Below, piece after piece: positions 22,947-31,920 of a stretch of DNA of 64,000 nt. Within the stretch, counting starts at the first letter, position 1; every line of letters starts with the position of its first letter. The notes below the pieces were generated by a model. That model saw nothing but the letters and a program-made list of their open reading frames with translations. It ran no database searches and was not told the DNA's origin. Both the position numbers and the translations under genes were made by a program. Source of the DNA: Acidobacteriota bacterium (GTDB taxonomy: Bacteria; Acidobacteriota; UBA890; WLXD01); the NCBI GenBank assembly GCA_963666055.2, contig CAXWPH010000015.1:480001-544000 (forward strand), in the 5' to 3' direction.

Positions 22947-24161
22947 ATGCGGGAGAAGAAACGATCGCAACGAATGCTACGAGGCGTGATGTGCTTTGCC
23001 GGCGCCGTCGTGATGGCGCTCGCACCTGCTGCCGCAATGGCGCAGGAAGCAACGAGTGCACCGGTCGACGCGTGGGCCGCGTGGAACGGCTGCTGGAAGT
23101 TGATCAACGGCCTGGACGACCGGGGCATCGGCTCCGCTGACGGAGAGCGCTTGGTGTGCCTGGAGCCGGGTCCCGAGCCGCGGACGGCCATAGTCACAAC
23201 TCTGATCGACGGCGAGCTGGCCGATACGCGCACCATCTACGGCGACGGCACCGCGCGTCCGGTCGACGACGGGAGCTGCACCGGCAGCGAGCGCACCCTG
23301 TTTTCCGCCGACCGCCAACGGCTGTTCAACCTCGCCTCGCTGCAGTGCGAAGACGGGATGGCACGCGAGGCCTCGGGAATATCGCTGCTGGCGACGCCCA
23401 ACCGCTGGGTTGATGTGCAGGTAATCGACGCCGCAGGCGAGCGCGAGGTCCTCGTGCGTCGCTACCGGCGAGTGGCCGACGAGACTGGCAGGAGCGTGAC
23501 GCGCTTCGGACTCGATTCCTACGCCATGGCCACCGCCGGCAGTCAGTCGACCGCAGCGTCACCGTTCGACGTGGACGACGTGATCGAGGCGGTCGCCATG
23601 GTCGACGCCGCGGCGGTCGAAGCAGCGTTGATCGAAACCAACGCCGGCTTCGACATGGATTCCTCGCTGCTGATGCGGCTGGCAGAAGCCGACGTCCCAG
23701 AGCCGGTGATCGATGTCATGGTGGCGCTGTCGTTTCCCGACTACTTCCTCGTTGATGGTGAGGAGAACACCGAAGAAGGTCGACGGCGGCGCTCAGGCTA
23801 CTACCCGGTGTACGGCTACGGTTACTGGAGTCCGGCGTTCGCGCCGTTCGGCTTCGGCTCCTACTACGGGTATGGCTACGGGTATGGGTATGGAAACGGC
23901 TATGGGTACTACTCGCAGTTCTCGCCCGGACGAAACATTGGTCGCCACGGCGGGCGCGTCATCGCCGGCCGCGGGTACGCCCGGGTCGGACTGAGCAGCA
24001 GAGCCCCCGACGGTTTCCGCAATGCATTCGGCGGACGCGGTAGACGGTCGGGAGGCTCGATGGGCTCCGGTGGCCGTTCCGGCGGGTCGAAGGGTTCCGT
24101 CAGTCCTGGCGGGCGCAGCAGCGGCCGGTCCGGTCGCACGGCCAAGCCGCGAGTTCAGTAA
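22947..24161 (+). CDS. Secreted hypothetical protein with Gly/Tyr- and Arg/Gly-rich tail
   Basis: RBS, signal peptide, YGYGYGYG repeat. Confidence 0.75.
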   Translation: MREKKRSQRMLRGVMCFAGAVVMALAPAAAMAQEATSAPVDAWAAWNGCWKLINGLDDRGIGSADGERLVCLEPGPEPRTAIVTTLIDGELADTRTIYGDGTARPVDDGSCTGSERTLFSADRQRLFNLASLQCEDGMAREASGISLLATPNRWVDVQVIDAAGEREVLVRRYRRVADETGRSVTRFGLDSYAMATAGSQSTAASPFDVDDVIEAVAMVDAAAVEAALIETNAGFDMDSSLLMRLAEADVPEPVIDVMVALSFPDYFLVDGEENTEEGRRRRSGYYPVYGYGYWSPAFAPFGFGSYYGYGYGYGYGNGYGYYSQFSPGRNIGRHGGRVIAGRGYARVGLSSRAPDGFRNAFGGRGRRSGGSMGSGGRSGGSKGSVSPGGRSSGRSGRTAKPRVQ

Positions 24162-24219
24162 GGCGTCAGCGAGACATCCACAGCGCAGGCTAAGCAGGCC
24201 GTGTTGGAAGTGTGGCCTG

Positions 24220-25403
24220 CTAGCTCTCGAGGCGCAGACGTAGCCCTTCTTGGGTTCGTTCCACGCTGACCCGAGCCTCGCTGCGCAGCAACGCCAGCAA
24301 CTGCTCGCCGACGTGCTCGCGCCGCCAACCCTCGAGAACCGGAATGCCGTCTTGCTCGGCGACGGCGTCGATTTCCTGGCGCACGAGCCGCTCCAAGTCA
24401 GCCCGCTTGGCGAGCAGTCGCGGGGCCAACCCCAGCTCGGCCGCGCGGGTTCGGACCACAGCATCCAGAAGCGACGCCAGAATCTCGACCGTCTGCTCAC
24501 CGCTGCGGGCACGCCGCGTGCGAGCCTCCGGCCAGGTAGTAGGGTCCGATTCCAGGGCCTCGTGAACCAATGCAACGATCGTTGCCGCGGAGCGTTGCGC
24601 CTCGCGTGGATGCAGCCCGCGCAGGCGCTCGACCTCCGCTTGCCGTTTCGGCGCTCGCCGGGCGATCTCGATCAGCACCCTGTCAGCCACCACCCGCTGC
24701 CGCGGAATGTCCCTGCGCACCGCCTCGCGTTCTCGCCACGCGGCGGCACGTCCGAGGATCGCGAGTCCGCGGCCCGTCAACGATCTTGCGCCCGACACGC
24801 GACGCCACATCTGATCGGGATCCGGGCTGGCGTTGACGCCGCGCATTACCCTCTCGAGCTCCTCTTCCACCCAAGTTTGCCGACCACGTTCCCCCAGCTG
24901 CGTACGCAACGTCCCCGCACACTCGAGCAAGTAGCGCACATCATCGAGGGCGTATTCAGTCTGCTCGTCCGATAGCGGCCGCCGCGCCCAGTCGGTGTAC
25001 GCTTCGGAGCGCTTCAGGGTGACCTGAACGACTCGCTCGATGAGCTTGGCGTGGCTGATGCTGTCGCCATAGCCCAGAAACGCGGCGGCTACCTGCGTGT
25101 CGAAGTGACTCGCGGGTAAGCGCCGGCCAGCCGTTGCATGATCTCCAGGTCTTGTCCGGCCGCATGCAGTACGAGCTCCGGCTCTGCGGTGAGCACCTGC
25201 CACAGCGGGCCGAGATCATCGACAGCCAACGGATCCACGACCGCCAGCACACCGGGGGCTGCGAGCTGAACGAGACACAGCCGCGGATAGTAGGTGCGCT
25301 CGCGAATGAACTCGGTGTCGACGGCCAGCGGGCTTACACCCCGAAGCCGCTCCACGAATTGCGCCAATGAGCGATCATCGCGAATGTAGAGGGCGTCGGT
25401 CAT
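24220..25403 (-). CDS. rnd: Ribonuclease D, one frameshift near 25120
   Basis: AVDTEFIRERTYYPRLCLVQ in one frame; FDTQVAA, TDWARRPL, YALDDV and HRDC region in the next. Confidence 0.9.
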
Positions 25404-25486
25404 GGCATCATGCGGGCGGGCGTAGCGGCATCCGACTGATTGTAGCGGAAGGGGTCGCAGCGTCACCCCCGAAGGACCGATGCGGC

Positions 25487-27046
25487 GTGGCTCATGATCG
25501 ACGACACTGCGGCACAGCAAGCACAGCATCGAGCTCGGCCACCTCACCGCCGCTGCAGTCACTGTCGATCCTCGACGAGGTTGAGCTTGGCGAGCTAGAT
25601 CTATTTCCGGCAGCAGCCAACCCGACTGCCGGTAGTGCTCCGCTACCGCGCGTCGCGAACGTCGAAAACGCCACCAAGCCGTTCGACGAGAGCATCGCCG
25701 CGACCGTTCGTCGCGTCGCCGCCGGGCACATCACCCCCAGTGCGATCGTCGACCGTTGCCTCGAGCGAATCGCCCGACTCGAGCCACAGCTGAACGCCTT
25801 CGTGACGATCACCGAGGACCGGGCTCGCGCCGATGCCGCGCGGCTCGAGTCGTCGGCCGATGGCGAGCTGCCCGTCCTTGCCGGAGTGCCGATCGCGCAC
25901 AAGGACATCCTCATGACGGCCGGTATCGCCACGTCGGCGGGGTCGCGCCGACTCGCCGGCTGGATCCCCGGCACTGACGCGACGGTCGTTCGTCGACTCT
26001 CGGCGGCCGGCACCTTGCTGCTCGGCAAGGCCAACACCCACGAGTACGCCACCGGCGTCACCGGTACCGTCTCGGCAGCGGGTGCGACGCTAAACCCCTG
26101 GAATACGGACCGCATTGCTGGAGGGAGCAGCTGCGGATCGGCCGTCGCTGTCGCTGCCGGCATGGTGGCGGCGGCCACTGGCACCGACACCGGAGGCTCG
26201 ATTCGCATCCCAGCGGCATGCTGCGGCCTTGCCGGCATCAAGCCGAGCTACGATCGGGTCAGCCGCCGCGGCGTGCTGCCGTTTTCCTGGACACTCGATC
26301 ACGTAGGCGTCGTAGCGCGCCGTAGCGAGGACCTCGCCGCGCTGCTTGCAGTGATGCTCGACTCGCCTGCGGCTACCGCACCGCCCCGCCCACTGTCCGA
26401 GAGCCGCTTTGCAATCTTCGACGAGCTCTGCGACCAGTCTCAGCCAGCCGTCGCCGCAGCCGTGCGTGAGGCCGCAGTGACACTCGAGCGCTTGGGCGCC
26501 CGCCGATGCCTCGTGCCGCTGCCGGATTCGTGGCGCTTCGTGCATGCCGCCGCGACAGCGATCTTCTTGGCAGAGGGCGGAGTCGTCCACGGCGCCGCGT
26601 TGCGCGCCGCTCCGGGCCAGTACGAGGAGCCGACGCGCCGTTTCCTGAGTTCGGCCGAGGCCCTGCCGCCGGCCCGCTACGCACAGGCGCTGCGCGTGCG
26701 GCGGCTGCTGAGCTACCAATTCGAGCGCATGCTTCGAGGGGTCGATCTGCTCCTCTGCCCTACCCTACCTATCATCGCGCCGCCACTCGAAGCGGAGACG
26801 GTCGAACTGGCCGACGGGATCGTCGATGTACGCGCCGCGCTCACCCGCTTCACCCGGATATTCAACCTCACCGGACTTCCGGCAATCTCGCTCCCTTGCG
26901 GCTTCGACCAGGGGCTACCGATCGGTCTGCAGATCGCCGGCCGCCCGGGCGACGATGGCAACGTGCTACTCGCAGGCATCGAGTTTGAGGGCGCAACGGA
27001 CTGGGTGCGAACGCCGGCAATCACCGCACCGGGCTCACCCGTGTAG
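25487..27046 (+). CDS. Amidase signature family protein (start uncertain)
   Basis: GVPIAHKD, GGSSCGS, GTDTGGSIRIPA. Confidence 0.92.
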   Translation: MAHDRRHCGTASTASSSATSPPLQSLSILDEVELGELDLFPAAANPTAGSAPLPRVANVENATKPFDESIAATVRRVAAGHITPSAIVDRCLERIARLEPQLNAFVTITEDRARADAARLESSADGELPVLAGVPIAHKDILMTAGIATSAGSRRLAGWIPGTDATVVRRLSAAGTLLLGKANTHEYATGVTGTVSAAGATLNPWNTDRIAGGSSCGSAVAVAAGMVAAATGTDTGGSIRIPAACCGLAGIKPSYDRVSRRGVLPFSWTLDHVGVVARRSEDLAALLAVMLDSPAATAPPRPLSESRFAIFDELCDQSQPAVAAAVREAAVTLERLGARRCLVPLPDSWRFVHAAATAIFLAEGGVVHGAALRAAPGQYEEPTRRFLSSAEALPPARYAQALRVRRLLSYQFERMLRGVDLLLCPTLPIIAPPLEAETVELADGIVDVRAALTRFTRIFNLTGLPAISLPCGFDQGLPIGLQIAGRPGDDGNVLLAGIEFEGATDWVRTPAITAPGSPV

Positions 27047-27149
27047 ACTCCGATGCGGCGGTTCGCCGAATGCCTCCCGATGCAGCGAGGGTCTGTCTGA
27101 GCGCGACCGCCACTCGTCGAACGCGCTGACACCTCGCACCCCGCATGAG

Positions 27150-28319
27150 ATGACGACTCCGTCGAGCACCGCGCCCGAAAACACCGTCGCCAGCAAGCTC
27201 GAGCGCGTTCTCGGAGCGTACGATCGAGGCCTCGCGGGGCCCACAGTCGTGGTCGCCGCGGTGATTCACGGTAACGAACCGGCCGGCGTGGTGGCGTTCC
27301 GCAACGTGCTGGCGCGCCTGGAAGACGACGGCGCCGAGCTGCAAGGCCGTTTCGTCGGGCTGGCAGGCAACCTCGCCGCCTACGAGCTCGGCCAGCGCTT
27401 CGTTGAAGAGGACTTCAACCGCGTCTGGTCTCTCCAGCGTGTGGCCAGGTTGAGAGCACCGGACTTCAGCGCCCGAACCGTCGAGGAATCTCAGCAGGCC
27501 GAGCTTCTCGAGGCGCTCGAACGAGAGTTGGCGCGCGCTGTCGGCCCGGTCGTTTTTCTCGACCTACACACCAGCTCCGCACCGGGCGAACCGTTCGTCT
27601 GCATTGGCGACACCCTCCGGAACCGAAGCTTTGCGAAGAGGTTCCCGGTGCCGGTGATCCTCGGCCTCGAAGAGCAGGTGGACGGCGCGCTGCTGGAATA
27701 CATGAACAACCTCGGCCACATCACCGTCGGTGTAGAGGCAGGTCAGCACGACCGGCAGCAGTCGATCGTTTATCACGAGGCGTTCCTGACCCTGGCCCTC
27801 GTCAACGCAGGTTGCCTGCCACAGTCGGCAGTCGCCGACTTCCAGCGTCACTTCAATGCGCTGCACGAGGCCACCGGCAACCTTCCGCCGGTGCTGGAGG
27901 TGCGCCATCGCCACGCGATCACGGTGGACGATGGCTTTCGCATGGGTCCGGGCTTTGCGAACTTCGCCACCGTGAGCGCCGGCGAGCTGGTGGCGAGCGA
28001 CGATAAGGGCGAGATCCGCACCACCGAAAAGGCTCGGTTGCTCCTGCCTCTGTACCAGGGGCTCGGCGACGATGGCTTCTTCCTGATGCGCGAGATGCGG
28101 CCCTTCTGGCTCGAGCTGTCGGCGTGGCTGCGCACCCTGCGGCTCGACCGCCTCGCCGCCTTGTTGCCGGGGGTGCGTCGCGACCCGGAAGAGATCGAGA
28201 CACTGATCGTCGATCGGCGCGTCGCCCGACGGCTTATCGTCGAGGTGTTTCACTTGCTCGGGTTCCGCAAGGAACGGGCCCGCGGCGACGTGTTGCGATT
28301 TTCCCGGCGACGCGAATAA
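27150..28319 (+). CDS. Succinylglutamate desuccinylase/aspartoacylase family protein
   Basis: IHGNEPAG, DFNR, DLHTSS, VEAGQH. Confidence 0.88.
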   Translation: MTTPSSTAPENTVASKLERVLGAYDRGLAGPTVVVAAVIHGNEPAGVVAFRNVLARLEDDGAELQGRFVGLAGNLAAYELGQRFVEEDFNRVWSLQRVARLRAPDFSARTVEESQQAELLEALERELARAVGPVVFLDLHTSSAPGEPFVCIGDTLRNRSFAKRFPVPVILGLEEQVDGALLEYMNNLGHITVGVEAGQHDRQQSIVYHEAFLTLALVNAGCLPQSAVADFQRHFNALHEATGNLPPVLEVRHRHAITVDDGFRMGPGFANFATVSAGELVASDDKGEIRTTEKARLLLPLYQGLGDDGFFLMREMRPFWLELSAWLRTLRLDRLAALLPGVRRDPEEIETLIVDRRVARRLIVEVFHLLGFRKERARGDVLRFSRRRE

Positions 28320-28391
28320 GACCGTACCTCCGGCGGTGGGACCGTGCCTGACGCATCTCGGAAATCGGCTACCGGTCCGCTTCTACGGAGA

Positions 28392-29438
28392 TCAGGGCCC
28401 GTCGCTGATGTGGATGTCGGGCCATTGGTCGTTGCCGCTGTAGTGGGTCAGCCGCACAGCCGTTTCCCACGGCTGGCCGACCTGCCAGGCGAAGATCTCG
28501 TAGTCGGCGCGATCGTGCTCGTGCCCCCCGGTAGACGCTCCCCAAACCATCCAGGTGCCGTCGTCAGACAAGATCGGGAAGTACTCGTGGCTGTAGGGGC
28601 CTGGAAGGTCCATGAAGACCTCGGCGGACGATGCGTCGGAGGGACCGCGCATGATGCGTGTGCCACCCGTCCCGTTGGCGTCCATCCACAGCAGATCGTG
28701 CGTCCCCGGCACCCACGTCGTCTGGCAGGCTTGTCCTTGCGTTAGGCGCTCAAAGACGTCCGAGCCGACCGTCGTGGTGATGGCGCCGAACCCGGTGATC
28801 GCCAGTGCCAGCGTCTTGCCGTCGGGATGCAGCTCCGGATCCCAGTACATGTGACCGCCGAACCATTGGTCGACGTTCAGCAACAGGCTCTCCTCGCCAG
28901 CGTCGAGGTCGTGGCGATAGATGCCGCGATCGCGATGAAACACGATGCTGGCACCATCGTCGGCCCAGGTCGGGTGATAACCGTTGGTGATTCGTCGCTC
29001 CTCGCCGGTATCGAGATCGAGCACGTACACGTCCCATGACTCCTTCTCGCGGAACGAGACCCACTCGCGTTGGCTTCGCATGAAGACGATACGGCTCCCG
29101 TCGGGCGAGAAGCGGGACCCGAAGTCGACGTGCGGATGATCGGTCAGCTGACGAGCCTGCAGATCTGCCAGGTCGAGCAGGTAGAGATCGTGGTTGCCGG
29201 AGCGATTCGACGACCACACGATCCTCGCTTTGAGATCGCCCGCCAGGGCACGCAGGGCGTCTCGTTCGCGTTTGCGCAGAGCCTTCAGCCGGCCCTTCTG
29301 TGGCGGGATCAAATGCGTCGTCATGCGTGTTGGCAGCTCGGCGACGTCGCGCCAGCGCCCGGTGCTCAGCACTACCGCACCGGTGATCACGGCGGCGCTC
29401 ACCGTCAACACGATCAGTCTCTTGGCTGCTGGCTTCAT
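28392..29438 (-). CDS. TolB-like (PD40) beta-propeller protein
   Basis: WSSNRSGNHDLY, FSPDGSRIVF, N-terminal anchor. Confidence 0.8.
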   Translation of the reverse strand: MKPAAKRLIVLTVSAAVITGAVVLSTGRWRDVAELPTRMTTHLIPPQKGRLKALRKRERDALRALAGDLKARIVWSSNRSGNHDLYLLDLADLQARQLTDHPHVDFGSRFSPDGSRIVFMRSQREWVSFREKESWDVYVLDLDTGEERRITNGYHPTWADDGASIVFHRDRGIYRHDLDAGEESLLLNVDQWFGGHMYWDPELHPDGKTLALAITGFGAITTTVGSDVFERLTQGQACQTTWVPGTHDLLWMDANGTGGTRIMRGPSDASSAEVFMDLPGPYSHEYFPILSDDGTWMVWGASTGGHEHDRADYEIFAWQVGQPWETAVRLTHYSGNDQWPDIHISDGP

Positions 29439-29538
29439 CGCGATACTCCGTAGAATCTACGGTAGCATCCGGAGCGTCGCCATCTCACGTCCGGGACTCT
29501 GGTGTCGGAGCAAGCCCGATCGCTGTTGGCGCTCTTGA

Positions 29539-30357
29539 CTAGTCGGCAGCCGACACTGGCACGGCGCGCCGCCGAAAGAGTCGTTGGCGACGAAAACCGG
29601 CACGGAACAACACGTAGCGCCACAACACCGCCATCGTTCCCAGCGCATACACGGTGCTGCGCCGCAATGAGATGCTGCTCGACTCCGGCCCGTAGTGGGT
29701 CGGCACCGGCACCGCGCCAACTCGCAGATCGTGCACCCGAGCCTGCACGAGCAGTTGCTGATCGAAGACGAAGTCGTCGGAGCAGGCCTCGAAGTCGACT
29801 AGCTCGAGGACGCGTCGGTGGTAGGCGCGGTAGCCCGTATGGTATTCGGGCAGGTTGAACCCGAGGATCACGTTCTCGGTGATGGTGAGCAGCCGGTTGG
29901 CGAAATACTTCAGCGGTGGCATGCCGCCTCGAAGCACATCAACCCGCCGCAAGATGCGCGATCCGAGGACCACGTCCACCACGCCGGCCTCGATGAAGCC
30001 CACTAGGTGCGGCAATAGCATCGGGTCGTACTGGTTGTCCGGGTGCAGCATGACCACGATGTCAGCATCGGTTTCGAGCGCCGCCCGGTAGCAGGTCTTC
30101 TGGTTGCCGCCGTAGCCTCGGTTCTCCTGATGGCGAATGACCTGGAGGTTGTAACCGCGCTCGCTCAACGAGGCAGCCACCTCGACGGTGTTGTCGGTAC
30201 TGCAGTCGTCCACCAGGATCAGGTGTTGATATGACCCGGGCGGAAGCCGCTCGAGCGTCGCTTGCAGCGTGCTCGCGGCGTTGAAGGCGGGCAACACCAC
30301 GCAGACGCTGTGCGTCCCGACGGTAGCGAACGGCGGCGCAGAGCTATCCGAAGTCAT
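29539..30357 (-). CDS. Glycosyltransferase family 2
   Basis: VVLPAFN, VDDCSTD, NRGYGGNQK, HPDNQY. Confidence 0.92.
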   Translation of the reverse strand: MTSDSSAPPFATVGTHSVCVVLPAFNAASTLQATLERLPPGSYQHLILVDDCSTDNTVEVAASLSERGYNLQVIRHQENRGYGGNQKTCYRAALETDADIVVMLHPDNQYDPMLLPHLVGFIEAGVVDVVLGSRILRRVDVLRGGMPPLKYFANRLLTITENVILGFNLPEYHTGYRAYHRRVLELVDFEACSDDFVFDQQLLVQARVHDLRVGAVPVPTHYGPESSSISLRRSTVYALGTMAVLWRYVLFRAGFRRQRLFRRRAVPVSAAD

Positions 30358-30542
30358 CGCAGAGACGCGGCGTAGAGTTGATGAGATCTTACGGGCACTG
30401 GGAGGAGGGCGAGCCCACTATCCCGGGCGGCCAAGCCGGTCGGACGATACCACGCGCTCGTCCGCACCCCGCTTATTCAGGCTCGCCTCGTGGCAGCTAC
30501 CCGCGGGCCGGCCCGTGAGGGCGATTCGCCGGCCCCGCCCGG

Positions 30543-31613
30543 TCAGTGGTGGTGCCCATTTGGTGGATCCATCTCGGTCGGCGGCGTTGCGCCTGGCGCC
30601 GGCGGATAGGTGATGTTCTGTCCGCCGACCGGATGGTGGTACAGGTACATCACCGCCATGGCGTCGATCGGCACATCGGTGCGGTTGTCGTATACCGACT
30701 CGATCTCATAAGTGTGATCCGGGTACATCACGAACCCGGCGTCGCTGGAATACACCGGGATCCGGGCGATCTGGGCGCGCTCCATATCGGGGCTGTACTC
30801 CACTCGCGTCTCCCAGAGCACGCGCCCCTCGGTCACGTCGGTGAGCTTCAAGGAGCTCCCGTAGTTGTGCATGTGCGCCACGCCGTAATGGACACGCGTC
30901 GGCCCTGGTACCAACTTGGTGTGCTGCTGACGAATGACCTGCTCACCCGGCGGCACTATCCAGTGCCCGATCTTGCCGTGAGCATTGGGGGGAATCTCAC
31001 TCGGCGCCAGCGGATCGCCCGCCAGCACCGTTACCCCTCGATGCGGGAGCACGGTGACGCTGGCCCGGTACAGCTTTCGGATACTCTCAGCAGCATTCGG
31101 TTCGCTGGCGGCAACGTAGTCCACGAAGAAGCGAAGGTTCACGTCGACGCTGAGGTCGCGATCGTGGTTGTTGAGCACCATGCCCAGCAGCGAGACGCCA
31201 CGCCACGGCTCTTCAAGGTCACCGAGGATCTGCTGCAATGGGATGCCGAATCCGCTCGGTAGCTGCAGCGCTGGAATCCCCGACGCCGCGACCATCAGTC
31301 GTGCCCCGGTGGCGAGCTGAATCTGCGAATGACAGAAGTACTCATCGCCAAGCGGAGCACCGGTCGCCGCGTCGACGACCTCGGTACGAAAGGCGGTGAT
31401 CCAGCCGATATCGGCCGTGTCGAGGATAACGCGCTGGAACACTCCCTCCATCGAGTGATAGATGCCGTCGATCTTCAGCGGGCCCAGCTCGACAACGCGG
31501 GTCATCACCGCGGGCGGTGCGCCGGGACGCGCCGCGCCGGCGGGCGCCACCGCGATCACCAGGAGCAGTAAGCCAAGCAAGACGGCTGACACGCGAGAAG
31601 TCTCGTTCGGCAT
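30543..31613 (-). CDS. Secreted hypothetical protein, copper type II monooxygenase-like motifs
   Basis: Signal peptide; YFCH, AHMHNYG, YDN...DAMAVM. Confidence 0.6.
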   Translation of the reverse strand: MPNETSRVSAVLLGLLLLVIAVAPAGAARPGAPPAVMTRVVELGPLKIDGIYHSMEGVFQRVILDTADIGWITAFRTEVVDAATGAPLGDEYFCHSQIQLATGARLMVAASGIPALQLPSGFGIPLQQILGDLEEPWRGVSLLGMVLNNHDRDLSVDVNLRFFVDYVAASEPNAAESIRKLYRASVTVLPHRGVTVLAGDPLAPSEIPPNAHGKIGHWIVPPGEQVIRQQHTKLVPGPTRVHYGVAHMHNYGSSLKLTDVTEGRVLWETRVEYSPDMERAQIARIPVYSSDAGFVMYPDHTYEIESVYDNRTDVPIDAMAVMYLYHHPVGGQNITYPPAPGATPPTEMDPPNGHHH

Positions 31614-31697
31614 TCGAGCAGCCTCCTGGAAGGTTCCAATGGGCGGTTGGGTTTCCGCAAGCTTAGCGAGGGGTGCAAGAGGTGTTCAAGATGTCTG

Positions 31698-31765
31698 AAT
31701 AATAAATAGAATGTTTTCCCATCTATTAATCACTAATACTGATTAAAAGTATCTCACAGTACTCA
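31698..31765. promoter_or_regulatory. AT-rich operator-like region
   Basis: TTAATCA-N7-TGATTAA (31726-31746) and aataga..tctatt inverted repeats upstream of the 31613 gene. Confidence 0.5.
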
Positions 31766-31853
31766 AACAAGCGCGATCGACGCGCCCGAAGCAGGCGAAC
31801 GTCCGCCGAATGCCTCTGGTCATGCCGCACGCCGCTGCGGTCGATCAGCAGCC

Positions 31854-31874
31854 AAAGCCCCCCGGCCGGGGGGC
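31854..31874 (-). terminator. Hairpin terminator after M16 peptidase
   Basis: gccccccggccggggggc followed by ttt on the minus strand. Confidence 0.5.
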
Positions 31875-31920
31875 GTCGACGGGTACTCTCACGCCAGTGC
31901 GACGACCGCGACCAGAGGGG

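Noticed and set aside
24220-25403. Programmed frameshift or pseudogenisation of rnd
   Set aside because: No slippery motif, and several similar single-base shifts elsewhere point to sequencing indels.
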